From assembly GCA_019057865.1 (NCBI GenBank), contig JAHLWP010000056.1, positions 1 to 17,650 of the forward strand: DNA of 17,650 nucleotides. The letters are read 5' to 3'. The translations under genes were made by a program, and so were the position numbers. The notes under the pieces are model-generated. The model saw nothing but the letters and a program-made list of their open reading frames with translations, ran no database searches and was not told the DNA's origin. This document shows, piece by piece, positions 1 through 8,546 of this stretch (its first letter is position 1; every line of letters starts with the position of its first letter). This DNA comes from Promethearchaeota archaeon. GTDB taxonomy: Archaea > Asgardarchaeota > Lokiarchaeia > Sigyniarchaeales > SOKP01.

Positions 1-1
1 A

Positions 2-496
2 ATCCCCATCAGGCCATTGATCAGGCTCTTGTTCTTGATCACCTGGAAATTCAAACGTATCGTCTGGTACAGGAATTTCAGGTATTTCCTCACCAGCTAA
101 CTCCCAATCATCCTCTCCATCTGGAATCTCCTCTTGTTCGGATTCTTCTTCAGGAGTATCAATAGGTTCATTAACATTCTCTTCTACTGATTCGGCTTCA
201 GGAGGTAGCATAACTGTTACAGTTCCGTTCCTTCCTTGATTTGGATGATAATCATCGCTTATATCCTCATCATCATTACTATCCTCATTATTATCAGATG
301 TAGTTTCCCCATCATCATTACTATCAGACGTTGTGTCTTGATCATTATCATCTCCTTCACCCCAGTCATATTCCTCATCTGGATCAAAATTATCACTCCA
401 GTCGTAATCTTCATCTGGATCAAATTCCTCCTCGGTATCACCATCTGGCTCATTGTCTGGTTCTCCTTCATTGTATTCCTCGCCAGATTCACTAAT
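2..496 (-). CDS. Highly acidic, low-complexity (probably disordered) protein, N-terminal part only; continues past the left edge
   Basis: Manual translation of a stop-free minus frame (165 codons): (I)SESGEEYNEGEPDNEPDGDTEEEFDPDEDYDWSDNFDPDEEYDWGEGDDNDQDTTSDSNDDGETTSDNNEDSNDDEDISDDYHPNQGRNGTVTVMLPPEAESVEENVNEPIDTPEEESEQEEIPDGEDDW... An in-frame TAG at 509-511 bounds it upstream. GAGGAG lies 7 nt before ATT at 496; no in-frame ATG/GTG/TTG occurs in the first ~95 codons. Confidence 0.75.
   Translation of the reverse strand, partial: MSESGEEYNEGEPDNEPDGDTEEEFDPDEDYDWSDNFDPDEEYDWGEGDDNDQDTTSDSNDDGETTSDNNEDSNDDEDISDDYHPNQGRNGTVTVMLPPEAESVEENVNEPIDTPEEESEQEEIPDGEDDWELAGEEIPEIPVPDDTFEFPGDQEQEPDQWPDGD
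346..426 (-). repeat. Imperfect 36-bp coding tandem repeat (FDPDEDYDWSDN / FDPDEEYDWGEG)
   Basis: 'tcatctggatcaaa' occurs twice 36 bp apart on the + strand. A second repeated unit (TTSDSNDDGE / TTSDNNEDSN) follows in the protein. Boundaries approximate. Confidence 0.65.
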
Positions 497-539
497 AGAT
501 AATCTCCTCTAAAATTTTATTGATAAAATTGCTCATTAA

Positions 540-2696
540 TCAATTTTTTTCTTTAAGTTTAGTAGACTCTTCATCTAGATTATCAACACTCAGCTTAGAA
601 TCTGAATTTAAGGGAATCCCACAGGCACTACAAAAATTTTCATAAGGCTCTATGTAATTATCACATAAAGGGCATAACTTCTCGGGATTCTTTGCGGAGT
701 GATATGGAACTTTCTCATAATCAAAATCTATGGTATAAATTGCAAAATTTCGGCTATTAACACCGTCCTTTACTATTGCCTTTCTTTCTCCTAAAAGCAT
801 TAAGGAATCTTGTTCTTCTCTGTTATTTGTGAACAGTTTACTACAAGCATGTCCTATTGTAAATAAAATATGAATATTTGGAAGGGTATAAATAGATTCA
901 AATAATTGAGAAGGAAATTGAGCAGTAGTTATAAGACCAATTCCTCTACTTCTGAAAGCTTCTAAGAAATTACAAAATACTTCCTCAAGAAAATATTGAG
1001 ATACAAAATCATCATCACGAGAAATATTAGTGGCTGGTTTTTTTAAGATCTCTCCAACTTCATCTAAAATAACTAAGTTTTTTAGTTCATTAGTTTTAAT
1101 TTGTGGGAAAAAAATTTGTATCATCTGGAAAATTAAATTGATTAATAACTTTTTCATAAATTTATTGCAAATAGATTCGGATAAATCAATGAATACATTT
1201 TTACCATTCATCCATTCAATAAACCAATATGGTTTAATAGAAGGTAATCTTGTTATCTTGTCTAAGATTGGAGATTTTACCCATTTAAAGATCCGATTTC
1301 TAATTGCATTCACAATATTGGTCTGGTATTCCTCATGATAAGAATGGCCTTTAAACCAATTCAGAAGTTTTCCAAACAAAGATTTTAATGAGATGGGAAG
1401 ATCCTTGTGTATCTTAAAATATGCAAGCATTGCATTGTACATAGCAATGTCAACTGGCTGTTTTAATCCCATTGAAGAGGCTATTAAGGCTGCTAATTGT
1501 TCAAAAGTGACCTCGATATTTTCTCCTTTAAAGTAATATGGAACTCTAAAGTCAGGATCTCCATATCTCAATCTTATATCCAAATTATAGGGTATATCTT
1601 CTTTACTTTTCCTAAGACCAATAATCAGAACTCCACAATTAGAAATTTTTTTAGATATCTCATGTTGCAAAAAGTTTATAAATCTCGTTTTTCCAACTCC
1701 AGTTTTACCAGCTATAAAAGCATGACGAGTGAGATCATTAACTGATAGTGGAACTATCGTTTCCGTTATTACTCCACGACTTATATAATACCCAAGAGAT
1801 ATATCATTTTTATTAGGTCTTTGAGTAAAGCTTATATTTTCATTTCTTACATGAATTGCTTTACCAATTAATATATGTTCAGGAATTTCAAAATCCATAA
1901 TTTTTGGATTCACAAATCCAGGCATTTTATCTTCAGGAATTTGATCTTGTATACTTCTATAGTATCTTCCTGTAACCTTACCTAAAAGGTTTTTCCAGAA
2001 AGGTCTTCCACTCAATATGTTCTCCCATGTCTCATTTGGTGCATGTCTAATGATAGCTTTCATACCATCGATATTGTGGATATCTGTAGTTAAATATTCT
2101 ATATGTCCTTTCAGTTCTTCCATTTGCTTCTCAACATCTGAACTTTCATCGAACCTCGGCATTATAGAAACAAAGATTTTTATTTTGTAATTTTCATCAA
2201 GCTTATATTCCTTTTCTAATTCTGTCTCTTCAATTCCTCCTCCTAGTATAGAGTCATCTTTTTGCCATAAAACATATATCTTGATTGAATGTTTTTTATT
2301 AAAGGTAAAAAGATTGATAATCTTTTTAAAAAGATTTATCTTTTTATTGAATGGCGGTGTTGGGAGTACAACTTCGAAAAAGATTTTCTTTTCATTTAAT
2401 TTTTTGGAGTATATTGGTTTTACTTTCACAGTTCCTGATAATCCGGGATAAATTTCTTTTAAATAATCTAAAAATTTATACCCACTCTTGAGGGCTTCTG
2501 CTTTTGAGTTCTCTTTTAAAAAGAATTTCCATGAAAAATATTCATCATCTATTGTAAATTTGGTACCATATACATGACCATCGACAAAAGGATCGCATAA
2601 CCACGATATGTTCTCTTCACTTTTATTTTTCACATTGGGAATTTGAGTTATTTTTATAACAGCATGATAAAACTCAGGTTTTACTATTATCACCAA
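540..2696 (-). CDS. HerA/FtsK/VirB4-superfamily (DUF87-like) P-loop ATPase with C-terminal Zn ribbon
   Basis: Walker A in LTRHAFIAGKTGVGKT, Walker B LVILDE, family-typical FRSRGIGLITTAQFPSQL (Arg finger and Gln), C-terminal CPLC...CSACG. The long N-terminal region is unassigned and the exact start is uncertain. Confidence 0.85.
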   Translation of the reverse strand: MVIIVKPEFYHAVIKITQIPNVKNKSEENISWLCDPFVDGHVYGTKFTIDDEYFSWKFFLKENSKAEALKSGYKFLDYLKEIYPGLSGTVKVKPIYSKKLNEKKIFFEVVLPTPPFNKKINLFKKIINLFTFNKKHSIKIYVLWQKDDSILGGGIEETELEKEYKLDENYKIKIFVSIMPRFDESSDVEKQMEELKGHIEYLTTDIHNIDGMKAIIRHAPNETWENILSGRPFWKNLLGKVTGRYYRSIQDQIPEDKMPGFVNPKIMDFEIPEHILIGKAIHVRNENISFTQRPNKNDISLGYYISRGVITETIVPLSVNDLTRHAFIAGKTGVGKTRFINFLQHEISKKISNCGVLIIGLRKSKEDIPYNLDIRLRYGDPDFRVPYYFKGENIEVTFEQLAALIASSMGLKQPVDIAMYNAMLAYFKIHKDLPISLKSLFGKLLNWFKGHSYHEEYQTNIVNAIRNRIFKWVKSPILDKITRLPSIKPYWFIEWMNGKNVFIDLSESICNKFMKKLLINLIFQMIQIFFPQIKTNELKNLVILDEVGEILKKPATNISRDDDFVSQYFLEEVFCNFLEAFRSRGIGLITTAQFPSQLFESIYTLPNIHILFTIGHACSKLFTNNREEQDSLMLLGERKAIVKDGVNSRNFAIYTIDFDYEKVPYHSAKNPEKLCPLCDNYIEPYENFCSACGIPLNSDSKLSVDNLDEESTKLKEKN

Positions 2697-2899
2697 TTTT
2701 TTTAGTTGTAATTAAAATGAACTAATGCTAAGTATTTATAAATAAAAAATTGGAATTTGAGAAATAGTAAATTTTAGTATATGTCCCAAACCTATTCCAT
2801 TATGAAGTCTATGATAGAATATCACGAGAAGTTATGTATCAAACATTAATAATTGATAATGATATGATAAGATTTCCCTTACTTCTAATAAGTTAAATG

Positions 2900-3022
2900 T
2901 TATTTAGGTGGAAAAATTTCTGGATAAAATCTTTCTCCATCTGGAGAATATCTTTTAGCTTGTTCTAAGACTTTTCTATAAGAAATTTCTGGATCAATAA
3001 ATCTTTTCTTGTCATTTCTCAT
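2900..3022 (-). pseudogene. Short 40-aa ORF or C-terminal gene fragment (MRNDKKRFIDPEISYRKVLEQAKRYSPDGERFYPEIFPPK)
   Basis: Manual translation; protein-like composition with internal RFIDPEI/RFYPEI repeat; no RBS seen, and an in-frame stop lies five codons upstream of the ATG. Confidence 0.3.
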
Positions 3023-3112
3023 AAGATTAAAAATTTGTCAGAGTTTAACAATTTCTTATTTTGACTGAATAATCTAAAATTTAAAATGAAATATAATTAA
3101 TTATTCAAATAA

Positions 3113-3325
3113 ATTTATAATGATGATTTCCATTCAATTTTTCAAAAATTAAATATTCCAAATTAGGTTATTATTAACCTACTTAACAATACTTTGAATA
3201 AAATTAGAGAGATTAATGACATTCCAGAACTTAAAAATAACAAAATACCCTCAATTGAAAATTTCACTAAATTTAGGGAATGGATTTTACAAAAACTTGA
3301 TGAGATTGAAAAACTTATAAACTAA
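3113..3325 (+). pseudogene. Degraded helical protein C-terminus with internal TAG
   Basis: IYNDDFHSIFQKLNIPN*VIINLLNNTLNKIREINDIPELKNNKIPSIENFTKFREWILQKLDEIEKLIN*; TAG at 3164-3166; no credible start or RBS. Confidence 0.35.
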
Positions 3326-3447
3326 TTAAATTATTTGTAGGTACTTAGTGCTGGGGGTCCTTATTCCAAAATGCTTTTCGAAGGAATTGAAAGAATATCT
3401 TTATATTTTTCACCAAATAAAATTTATATTATCCTAGAAAAAGATCA

Positions 3448-4317
3448 TCATTTTACCAATAAATCCTTTTCTGAAAGATAGAATTTAGAATAATAGCGAA
3501 TTACTCCCATCCCTGCTGTTCGATTTGCCCCTACATTAGTATATTCGCCAAGTCTACATAAGATTTCCAACCACCTACAGTTGTTCGAATAATCTTCATT
3601 GACAAACTCGTAATCATATTCTCGATTTAATTTTATTAAGAAATGCTTGTAATAATTTTTATTTATTTTTGTTACTTTAAAGCTCGCATTTCCTAAAAAA
3701 CCCACAACAGGCTTTGGCTTACCTATATCTGTTCTAACTGTCCTCATTTTATGCCCGCTTACATACACATGAGCATTTACCCAATTTATAAAAGTTTCCC
3801 GATCGATTTCTGCCTCACTCCTTAATATATCGTTCCAAATATTTACCAAATTCCCAAATAAAAGATTTGGAATTGGTAACCTTACAGGATAATCCCCCAT
3901 GCTCGTATTAAAATACGCTGGCTTAACAAAATTTAAGCTAAATACTTTTACTGGCTTTGCCTGTTCTAAAAATGTTCGAAAATTAAGACGTTCGAATTTA
4001 ACTCTCGAAATGAAATAGTCCTTTTCTCCAATTTTCAATTTAGCCCGCTCAGTAGAAATTAAATCTTGAAGTAAGGTATCACTTAAAGTATCGTCCATCG
4101 AAACAATAATAAAATCTATTTTTGGAATTTTCTTATAGATTATGCAGTTTATTGAATAGGAGCGAATTTCTTGATATTCGTGAAGTTTATGAACTAATTC
4201 AGGCTTTATTTCCCTTAGCCACCCCATAATCACGCCGCGAAATATGTATCCATATGGATGATCGTAAGGCTTGATTCGGCCATCTTCAGGGTATAATTCA
4301 AATGTTAATTTTATCAT
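3448..4317 (-). CDS. cas6: CRISPR pre-crRNA processing endoribonuclease Cas6
   Basis: C-terminal Gly-rich loop LGEYTNVGANRTAGMGVI, N-terminal YGYIFRG...LHE...IRSYSI, FVKPAYF and VVGFLG segments; last gene of the cas cluster. Confidence 0.92.
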   Translation of the reverse strand: MIKLTFELYPEDGRIKPYDHPYGYIFRGVIMGWLREIKPELVHKLHEYQEIRSYSINCIIYKKIPKIDFIIVSMDDTLSDTLLQDLISTERAKLKIGEKDYFISRVKFERLNFRTFLEQAKPVKVFSLNFVKPAYFNTSMGDYPVRLPIPNLLFGNLVNIWNDILRSEAEIDRETFINWVNAHVYVSGHKMRTVRTDIGKPKPVVGFLGNASFKVTKINKNYYKHFLIKLNREYDYEFVNEDYSNNCRWLEILCRLGEYTNVGANRTAGMGVIRYYSKFYLSEKDLLVK

Positions 4318-4370
4318 AAATTTTAAAGGAATATTTTTATTGCTAGAATACTATTTATTAAGATCTATTT

Positions 4371-5342
4371 TTAGGATTTATTAATATTATATGGTGGATT
4401 TATATTAATTTGATATAAAATATCATGCTTTTTTGCCCATTTTTTCCAATTTGAGAAATCATTTATCTTTGTTTTGATCTCAAAATTTTTTATGATCTCA
4501 AAACCAAATCCTTTTGCCACTTTATCATTTTCAATATGAATGAGATTAGAAGATTGTAATTTTGCTAAATATTGTTGAGGAATGTTATATCTATTGAGGA
4601 TTTTCCTTATTTCTTTAAGATGCAATATATCTCTATATTCAAATAATGATTTAATCTCCTTTAAGATTTCATTTTCTAATCCAATCCAAATAAATGGTAT
4701 TTCTTGCCAACTTTCTGGCGGAATTCTTATTTTTGGATTTTCAAAATCGGGTCTTTCAATTTCAGGGTGTATTTTGGAAATATCTTTTTGAAAAATATAA
4801 ATATATTTAGTTCCTATTCCTGTTAAACATGATGATAAAAATAATGAAAGATTTATTTGATTCGTTCCCCCTATTAAATTTATCCATACTTCCTTTGAGG
4901 CAATTGATTTCATTGTAATATATATTTTTTCATAACAATCTCTAAAATCATCATGTTTTACAGCTAAAAAATATATTTCCTTAATCCATCCATTTTCATA
5001 GAATCTGGTAAATTTACATTGATTAATCAAATTATTTAGTGTCTTTCCAATAATTTGGGGAATATTGTATTGATTAATATTTTTAAAATTAAACCACTCA
5101 TCTTTTAAATCTTTAGGTTTCTCTTTACCTTCAATCACTTCCTTCGAGGTGAATATAATAAAATATTCTGGAGCTCCAGTTTTTTCTTGTCTTAATTCTC
5201 CAGACTTCTTAAAAAATTTTATCGCATCTTGATTATTGTTCATCGCTGCTTTTAACATGAGATAAATATAATGCAGAGGAACAAGCACCGCCCCCGGACT
5301 CGTTCCTAAACCTGTTAAATAAAAAATTCCGATATATAACAC
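4371..5342 (-). CDS. CARF-domain protein with C-terminal winged-HTH-like region (cOA sensor/regulator or ring-nuclease-like); real start possibly ATC at 5333
   Basis: CARF motifs GLGTSPG (first strand-loop), IIFTSKE and VWINLIGGTN; C-terminal LHLKEIRKIL...YLAKLQSSNLIHIENDKV resembles wHTH. No HEPN RxxxxH nuclease motif was recognised in the C-terminal region. Confidence 0.75.
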   Translation of the reverse strand: MLYIGIFYLTGLGTSPGAVLVPLHYIYLMLKAAMNNNQDAIKFFKKSGELRQEKTGAPEYFIIFTSKEVIEGKEKPKDLKDEWFNFKNINQYNIPQIIGKTLNNLINQCKFTRFYENGWIKEIYFLAVKHDDFRDCYEKIYITMKSIASKEVWINLIGGTNQINLSLFLSSCLTGIGTKYIYIFQKDISKIHPEIERPDFENPKIRIPPESWQEIPFIWIGLENEILKEIKSLFEYRDILHLKEIRKILNRYNIPQQYLAKLQSSNLIHIENDKVAKGFGFEIIKNFEIKTKINDFSNWKKWAKKHDILYQININPPYNINKS

Positions 5343-5502
5343 CCTATATATTTAATTTTAATGTGTTCTATTTTTTATTATAAGTTTCAAATTTATAGCA
5401 ACAAGGATTTTTTGTATAAATTGACAAGATTTATTCACTCTATTATAGTCCTTGGAATAATAAACTTTGATATATTTAGTTAGCCTAAAAAAATTTAATA
5501 AT

Positions 5503-5808
5503 TTATAACTCATAATTATCCACTTTTATAATTTCACCGGGTTTATAGTCAGGATTATGAGATTCCACAATTACAGCGCCACCCAATCTTGGATCATATG
5601 TGGCTATAAATTTTATTGGATGGTAATAATGTGTAAGATAAGAGTAAAGCCATATCGGACCTCGACCACTTAATATTATTCCTTTCGTGCTATAAACTTT
5701 TGGTGGGTTAATGTTTTGCAAGATTTTTGGAAGTATAGGTTCTTCTAATTCAAAATGAATAATTATATAATCTACGCTTTCCTCCACCATGAAATTTATT
5801 TTTTTCAT
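5503..5808 (-). CDS. csx3: Csx3 (Crn3) cyclic-oligoadenylate ring nuclease, 101 aa
   Basis: GIILSGRGPIWLYSYLTHYYHP...ATYDPRLGGAVIVESH are Csx3 hallmark motifs. Start moved from 5871 to ATG 5808 (MKKINF), which follows GAGG. Confidence 0.92.
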   Translation of the reverse strand: MKKINFMVEESVDYIIIHFELEEPILPKILQNINPPKVYSTKGIILSGRGPIWLYSYLTHYYHPIKFIATYDPRLGGAVIVESHNPDYKPGEIIKVDNYEL

Positions 5809-5812
5809 TTTT

Positions 5813-5917
5813 CTATTCCTCAAAAAATCCATATCCAACAGAAGCTTTTGCTCCAATTCCATAAAATTCAAGAGATTCTTTTAAATGAGTCGTTAAATAA
5901 GATGCATTAATTTTATT
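5813..5917 (-). pseudogene. 3'-terminal remnant of a Cmr6-like RAMP gene
   Basis: Start-less frame NKINASYLTTHLKESLEFYGIGAKASVGYGFFEE* (TAG at 5813-5815). LKESLEFYGIGAKASVGYGFF fits the Cmr6 C-terminal Gly-rich loop pattern (GxGAKTxxGYG). Confidence 0.7.
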
Positions 5918-6209
5918 TTATTTTCCAACTAATATATCCAAAAATTTCGAAAAGATCGCTGTGATTTTCTTGTATTATTTTCTTTAGTTGTTCTTTTTTG
6001 TTATTTAACACATTATAAATCGTTTTATAATTTGTTTTAGGCCCATATCTAAGCATTTGACTATTAGATAAAAGTTGAGCTAATGTGAGCGCTTTTTCTA
6101 GATCGTTGGCAATAAAATAATTGACCCATTTATTCCATTCAGTTCTTCTAACATGATTTAATCTTTTTGCAATTTCTAATGCCAGCTTGAGTTTTTCCTC
6201 GATAATCAT
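5913..6209 (-). CDS. Small alpha-helical Cas-associated protein, possibly a second Cas11-like small subunit
   Basis: 98 aa, amphipathic helical pattern, C-terminal EIFGYISW; ATG directly abuts the upstream RAMP stop and follows GAGG. Function inferred from size and context only. Confidence 0.6.
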   Translation of the reverse strand: MIIEEKLKLALEIAKRLNHVRRTEWNKWVNYFIANDLEKALTLAQLLSNSQMLRYGPKTNYKTIYNVLNNKKEQLKKIIQENHSDLFEIFGYISWKIK

Positions 6210-7217
6210 TTAATAATTTCCTCTAGGACACCAATCGTTTATAAATTTCATTGATTTTCTAAAACTTTTAAAAATTTCCTTATTTAATAAATCTTTATTT
6301 TCCAAGATCTCATTAATAAAGTTAAGATCTTTTTTTATATACATATTATTATGAGAAAATAATGAATTATGATTAAGTAATTCTATTTCTAAAGGCTGAA
6401 TTTCAACCGTACCAAAACATCTTGGTTTTGCCCCTCCTATTTTAATATTATAATCTTGTTTTATACCCATAGAATATAATATAAGTGAGAGTTCATTTTT
6501 AGATAAATTTTGAAATTTCATCCAAGTAACAAATTTACTATCTTTTTTGACTGCCTCAACAAACCGATGTTGTTTTTCGGGTATCAAATTTCCTATTGGA
6601 TTAAATTTTTTGTTTTGATAAAATTTTCTTTGTTTTTTGACTATTTTTGGTGAAAATAATTCTCCAATTTTTACAATCTCAGTCTTTACATTTTTTAAAG
6701 GAGATGCATCTAAAAAACCGATTTTTCCCGAATAATCAGTCGTTCCAAAAATCGAGCAGGTTGGACAGAGTTGAATATAATTGTTGCATGCTAAACGAGA
6801 ATCATTTCTACTAAAGTATTTTTTTTCATCATCTTTATATTTATTCCTCCCTACCTTTTTCCTGCCAGCCATATGACTCACACATGAATTAGAAATAGCT
6901 TCGGCAACACTCCGAACTGATCCTTTAACACTTGTGCCTGGAATAGTTAATTTATTGCTACTTCTGAAAAAAGTATAATAGACTAATTTATCGTCTTTTC
7001 GGAAATCATAATTACCTGAACCAGAAAATAAATAATCTGACATAACTTGAATTTGTAATTTTATTTTTCCCGTTAAATAATTCGCTTTTATACTCTCATG
7101 TGTTAAAGCATTATTTCGAGTTACATCTTTAGCCAAATTAATATAAATAAATGGTTTGACACTCGAGAAAGATTTTTTAGGATATTGCTTACTATTAGGT
7201 TTTTTAAAATTTTTCAA
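6210..7217 (-). CDS. Cas7-group RAMP (Csm3/Csm5-like distal subunit of III-D)
   Basis: IPGTSVKGSVRSVAEAISNSC, CPTCSIFG, RKFY, G-loop KIGGAKPRCFG. Confidence 0.88.
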   Translation of the reverse strand: MKNFKKPNSKQYPKKSFSSVKPFIYINLAKDVTRNNALTHESIKANYLTGKIKLQIQVMSDYLFSGSGNYDFRKDDKLVYYTFFRSSNKLTIPGTSVKGSVRSVAEAISNSCVSHMAGRKKVGRNKYKDDEKKYFSRNDSRLACNNYIQLCPTCSIFGTTDYSGKIGFLDASPLKNVKTEIVKIGELFSPKIVKKQRKFYQNKKFNPIGNLIPEKQHRFVEAVKKDSKFVTWMKFQNLSKNELSLILYSMGIKQDYNIKIGGAKPRCFGTVEIQPLEIELLNHNSLFSHNNMYIKKDLNFINEILENKDLLNKEIFKSFRKSMKFINDWCPRGNY

Positions 7218-7659
7218 TGAAGATAACCCCCCTTGGACTTACAAATATAGGAATTTTATTTTTATAATAAATATACATTTTAAGACTATTAGCTTTTTTT
7301 GGATAATCTTTAAATTGTGGAGAAATATGTCTAGCTTGGAGGGAAATTAGAGAGTAAAAATATTTTTTGACCTCCCAATTTCCGTTAATTCGCACCATTT
7401 CTGAAAAGTCATCATTTATTATATTTTCCGTTAACAATAATGTTTCATAACTCTTTTTATTAATTTCTTTCCATCTTAATTCCCCTTTTTCAGAAAATAT
7501 GTTTCCCATTTTAGAGATATCTGATGTATAATTCTCTTTGAAACTGAAATTATCAATATCTTTGATTATTTGGAACGCCTTTTGGGTTTTAAAAAAGTTA
7601 TTTATTACTTTTTTTAAAATTTCTTCTTCTAAGATTCCGAAATATACATATCCATTCAC
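7204..7659 (-). CDS. csx19: Csx19-like type III-D subunit
   Basis: 151 aa with FSEKGELRW motif, located between Cas7 RAMP genes as in III-D loci; GTG start overlaps upstream TGA. Confidence 0.65.
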   Translation of the reverse strand: MNGYVYFGILEEEILKKVINNFFKTQKAFQIIKDIDNFSFKENYTSDISKMGNIFSEKGELRWKEINKKSYETLLLTENIINDDFSEMVRINGNWEVKKYFYSLISLQARHISPQFKDYPKKANSLKMYIYYKNKIPIFVSPRGVIFIEKF

Positions 7660-8546
7660 TTTAAATCATCCCTTAATAGAATTAATACGGAATTAGAAAT
7701 TTTTTGCCAATTTTCAGAAGTATATTCTCTTTTAATATAAAATATTTCTTCAAATTCTTTATTCGGTTCAATTTCAAGATTAATTAAATCATTTTTTGAA
7801 ATACCATACTTCTTTAAGCCATCAATAGAGATAAATTTTCCAATACCCCAGATTTCTTTTTTTGGGAGGGTCTTAGCAAAAGAGAATATTACTTTTTCTA
7901 CATTTACCTCAACTTCTCCAAAACCACGATTTTTACCAAATCCAATTGTAATTAATCCATTGTTTAAACCATTAAGAGCTAATGATATTATTCCAATTTG
8001 CCAGCATTCAAAATTTTCTATTCGAATATTAGATTCAAACGTTCCATTCACAGCAACTTCCATATCAAATGGTCCCGCTGCTACTGATTGAGTAAGTCTT
8101 GAAATAGCAACACCATATCGAATTTCTGTCTTTATATCTCCATTAGGATAAGAATCAAAAAATGAAATCCTACTTTTTAACTTTCCATTACCGAAAAGCT
8201 TACAAATTCTACAGGAGTCTTTATAAATTTCATAGCTCGAAAGAGTTTCATTTTTCTTTTCTATATCTTCTAATTTTTGAGTACATGAATTTTCTTTGAC
8301 AACAATATCACATATTTCATTATATATTAAAGATTTAAGTACTCGTTCTGTATAAGTTCTAAAGACTCCTTTAAGAGAAGATCCAGGGATATAGATTGTC
8401 TCTCCAAGACCATTAATATAGGTCCTAACAAATTGCATATCAGGCAAACTTGGATTTGCAGAAATTCCACCAGATTTTATTAACATTGGAGATTTTAATT
8501 TTAAAGAAAATTGTAGTTCCATCGAATTATACTTAACTTTATGCAT
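7656..8546 (-). CDS. csm3: Cas7-group RAMP (Csm3-like)
   Basis: PDMQFVR (candidate catalytic Asp), YIPGSSLKGVFR, CRICKLFG, RYGVAISR, IGFGKNRGFG. Start moved to ATG 8546 (MHKVKYN) after GGAGGT. Confidence 0.88.
   Translation of the reverse strand: MHKVKYNSMELQFSLKLKSPMLIKSGGISANPSLPDMQFVRTYINGLGETIYIPGSSLKGVFRTYTERVLKSLIYNEICDIVVKENSCTQKLEDIEKKNETLSSYEIYKDSCRICKLFGNGKLKSRISFFDSYPNGDIKTEIRYGVAISRLTQSVAAGPFDMEVAVNGTFESNIRIENFECWQIGIISLALNGLNNGLITIGFGKNRGFGEVEVNVEKVIFSFAKTLPKKEIWGIGKFISIDGLKKYGISKNDLINLEIEPNKEFEEIFYIKREYTSENWQKISNSVLILLRDDLK

Noticed and set aside
236-502. 88-aa hydrophobic + strand ORF and the 77-aa Met-rich minus ORF (259-492)
   Set aside because: Shadow frames of the GAT/GAA-rich acidic minus-strand frame, which is longer, stop-free and has an RBS.
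1030-1745. + strand ORFs 1030-1338 and 1497-1745
   Set aside because: Antisense to the motif-bearing ATPase gene; no recognisable features.
540-2696. ATPase as part of HerA-NurA, Sir2-HerA or as a CRISPR ancillary gene
   Set aside because: No NurA, Sir2 or nuclease partner is visible, and about 750 bp of debris separates it from cas6.
3164-3166. In-frame TAG as stop-codon recoding
   Set aside because: All long genes translate cleanly with the standard code and the fragment has no credible start; pseudogene decay is simpler.
5809-5871. N-terminal 21-aa extension of Csx3 in the ORF track
   Set aside because: The ATG at 5808 has an RBS and gives a typical Csx3 length; the upstream DNA is better explained by the Cmr6-like remnant in another frame.
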